DNA of 64,000 nucleotides from Anaerolineaceae bacterium (GTDB taxonomy: Bacteria > Chloroflexota > Anaerolineae > Promineifilales > Promineifilaceae). Of the stretch, positions 62,229 through 64,000 are shown piece after piece; the stretch's first letter is position 1, and the number at the start of each line of letters is the position of its first letter. The notes below the pieces were generated by a model. That model was not told the origin of the DNA. It worked only from the letters and a program-made list of their open reading frames with translations, and ran no database searches. A program made the translations under genes and the position numbers. The stretch spans positions 15,588-79,587 of the forward strand of contig PABI01000032.1 in the NCBI GenBank assembly GCA_002699125.1. Direction: 5' to 3'.

Positions 62229-63512
62229 TTACCAACCACCTTGACGATGGAAATGGTTTACTTCCACAGGATTGGCCGGATCAGTTACGTCAAAAATGTA
62301 TAAGCCTGTATCCCAATCGACGATGAACATATGCCCGTTTTCGACAGCAATATCGGTGAGGTGAGTGTCGGGAAACAAGGAGAGAACCAACTGCGGGTTG
62401 ACTGGATCGGCAATATCAACGATTTGAAGTCCATTTGAGATTATATAAGCAAAGTGACCAATAAGTGCCAACTGCCGACCGCCAAGCGATTGTGTGGTAC
62501 TTAACGCAACAGGTTGGCTGCGATCCGAAATATCTAATATTTGTAAAGAACGAGGGCTGACAAGATAAGCATAATCGTCACGAACAGCAAAATCCAGGTA
62601 CTCTTCGCTCGATTCATAACGTCCAAGCTCTAAAAATTCAAGGGGATTGCCTGTGTCGTATATCGAAAAAGTGCCGTAACAGGCTGTTCTATAACATGCA
62701 TGGTCAAACCAGTAACGATATTCATCTACAACCGCGAAACGGCCGTAATGGAACACCTCATGTACATGCTGTAGGTCAAGCGGGATTTGCGTTGGGTTAG
62801 CTACGTCTGACACATCGACGATTTCCCAGGTAAAGTTGCTAACAAGATAGGCGACATTGTCAATAACAGTCAGGTTAAATACATTAAAATGGGTGTTGTA
62901 AAAGCCGGATGTGGCGAATTCTGTTGAAGGTAATAAATCAGAAAAAGCAGCCACGTTGATAATTTGTAGCCCGGTGTCTAGCTTTTCACTGATTGTAGGG
63001 CCAGTATGAAGCATGTTGCCCGGTGTTCCCAGAGCAGCGTAAATGTAGTCGCCAATAATTTGAACATCATTGATCTGATTCAGGAAAGAATGTGTTCGCC
63101 CTGAATACATCCGGTTGGGCTCAAAGACATTGTGCAAAACGACCAGCCGTTTGCCGTAGCTAACATAGGCGCGATCCCCTTGTACCGCTACGGCTGTATA
63201 ATGCGCCGGAAATCTGGCCTCCTGTGTCGCCAGCAATGCAGTGGGTGAAAGAGTGGTGGGCGTCTCAGGGGTGGGCGAAACCGCCTCTCGGTGATCGTTT
63301 CCAATGCCAAGCACCGGTTGGGTCGCCGTGGGCACGATGGGGGTTGGCGTAGCCTGAGTTTGCAGCGTCGGTTGGGGTGGCTGGGCAGTTATGGTTGTTT
63401 CTAGAACTGGCATGGGGCTGGGAACGGCCGCATCCTCCTCCGAACAGCCCAATAATCCATACCAGCCTACAAAAAACAATCCCAGGCAAATCCATCTGAC
63501 AGGCCGCACCAT
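62229..63512 (-). CDS. LVIVD-repeat beta-propeller lipoprotein (paralog)
   Basis: Start preferred at 63512 (MVRPVRWICLGLFFVGWYGLLGC), which avoids overlap with the PRTase gene. Repeats WEIVDVSDVANPTQI, LQILDISDRSQPVAL, LQIVDIADPVNPQLV, LYIFDVTDPANPVEV. Confidence 0.8.
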   Translation of the reverse strand: MVRPVRWICLGLFFVGWYGLLGCSEEDAAVPSPMPVLETTITAQPPQPTLQTQATPTPIVPTATQPVLGIGNDHREAVSPTPETPTTLSPTALLATQEARFPAHYTAVAVQGDRAYVSYGKRLVVLHNVFEPNRMYSGRTHSFLNQINDVQIIGDYIYAALGTPGNMLHTGPTISEKLDTGLQIINVAAFSDLLPSTEFATSGFYNTHFNVFNLTVIDNVAYLVSNFTWEIVDVSDVANPTQIPLDLQHVHEVFHYGRFAVVDEYRYWFDHACYRTACYGTFSIYDTGNPLEFLELGRYESSEEYLDFAVRDDYAYLVSPRSLQILDISDRSQPVALSTTQSLGGRQLALIGHFAYIISNGLQIVDIADPVNPQLVLSLFPDTHLTDIAVENGHMFIVDWDTGLYIFDVTDPANPVEVNHFHRQGGW

Positions 63513-63531
63513 TTTTGACAAATCGCCTGTA

Positions 63532-63990
63532 TTAAGAATCCTCGCTTGTGAAAACGGGCAAATTGGCCAGGGCAACGATATTGCTCCAGTCGGCATCACC
63601 TTCGGTGAAAACGGCCGCAGTCTTCACAATCTCACCGCCGGCATGTGCTACCACATTTTCCATGCCTTTTAATGTACTGCCAGTGCTGATCACATCATCA
63701 ACCAGAACGACCTTTTTATTTTTGATAAACTCTTTATCTTTTTCATCCAGGTAAAGCGTTTGCGGCTTGCCGGTGGTGATGGAGACGGTTTCGGCGCTGA
63801 TGGCATCGCCCATGTAGCTTTTGTACGATTTTCGCAGGACGATGTAAGGTAGGCCCATCAAGGCGCTCATCTCGTAGATGAGGGGAATGCCCTTGGCTTC
63901 GGCCGTTACCAGCACTTCGGCCGGCGTATTTTTTAGCCGCTCGGCCAGGGCTGCGGCCGTGGCCTTCACAACAATGGTATCGCCCAGCAT
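63532..63990 (-). CDS. Phosphoribosyltransferase-family protein (purine/adenine PRTase-like); may extend past the window edge
   Basis: PRPP-binding motif KKVVLVDDVISTGSTL. The frame stays open to position 64000, so the true start is uncertain. Confidence 0.7.
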   Translation of the reverse strand: MLGDTIVVKATAAALAERLKNTPAEVLVTAEAKGIPLIYEMSALMGLPYIVLRKSYKSYMGDAISAETVSITTGKPQTLYLDEKDKEFIKNKKVVLVDDVISTGSTLKGMENVVAHAGGEIVKTAAVFTEGDADWSNIVALANLPVFTSEDS

Positions 63991-64000
63991 ATTAAAAATG

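Noticed and set aside
1-64000. Searched by eye for defence or mobile systems: integrases, transposases, reverse transcriptases, Cas proteins, restriction enzymes, toxin-antitoxin pairs, phage structural genes.
   Set aside because: No ORF in the track shows motifs of these families. The only mobile-like sequences are the small non-autonomous palindromic elements. DprA is a recombination mediator, not an integrase.

Overview
GC-rich bacterial chromosomal segment. I see no rRNA, tRNA, CRISPR array, transposase, integrase or prophage genes. The protein repertoire (many ArnT/PMT-like and YfhO-like GT-C membrane proteins, LVIVD and YVTN beta-propeller proteins, an EAD-type signalling domain) suggests a filamentous Chloroflexota-like organism; this is inference only.

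Layout:
- 1-419: 3' end of moeA.
- 0.5-4.1 kb: three minus-strand envelope genes.
- 4.3-42.5 kb: a ~38 kb envelope-glycosylation island. It holds 11 polytopic GT-C-like membrane proteins, three GT2 enzymes (one fused to a GtrA-like module), a Wzx-like flippase, a methyltransferase, a radical SAM/SPASM enzyme and an epimerase. Many genes are translationally coupled through ATGA/GTGA overlaps. Eight of the proteins end in the same ~120-aa C-terminal domain.
- 42.5-47.1 kb: an orphan histidine-kinase-like protein with an EAD-like N-terminus, a PD40 lipoprotein and an S9 peptidase.
- 47.5-55.5 kb: housekeeping genes ffh, rpsP (with a long acidic tail), KH protein, rimM, dprA, a manC-like gene and topA (with an extra N-terminal zinc ribbon).
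- 55.8-64 kb: secreted metalloprotease, hyuB-like gene, clan GH-A hydrolase, two LVIVD lipoproteins and a PRTase gene at the edge.

Most striking signals not explained by genes:
1. The 8-nt palindrome ACGGCCGT occurs about 135 times by my manual count, in all reading frames and in intergenic DNA. This is HIP-like.
2. Short tandem word repeats (heptamers, 14-16-mers) are inserted in frame inside CDSs.
3. Related ATC(T/A)G word-repeat hairpins sit at gene ends.
4. A small GTCAT...ATCC palindromic element family shows compensatory stem changes.
5. A CCTGCGGGAGGTT hairpin is present at two distant loci.
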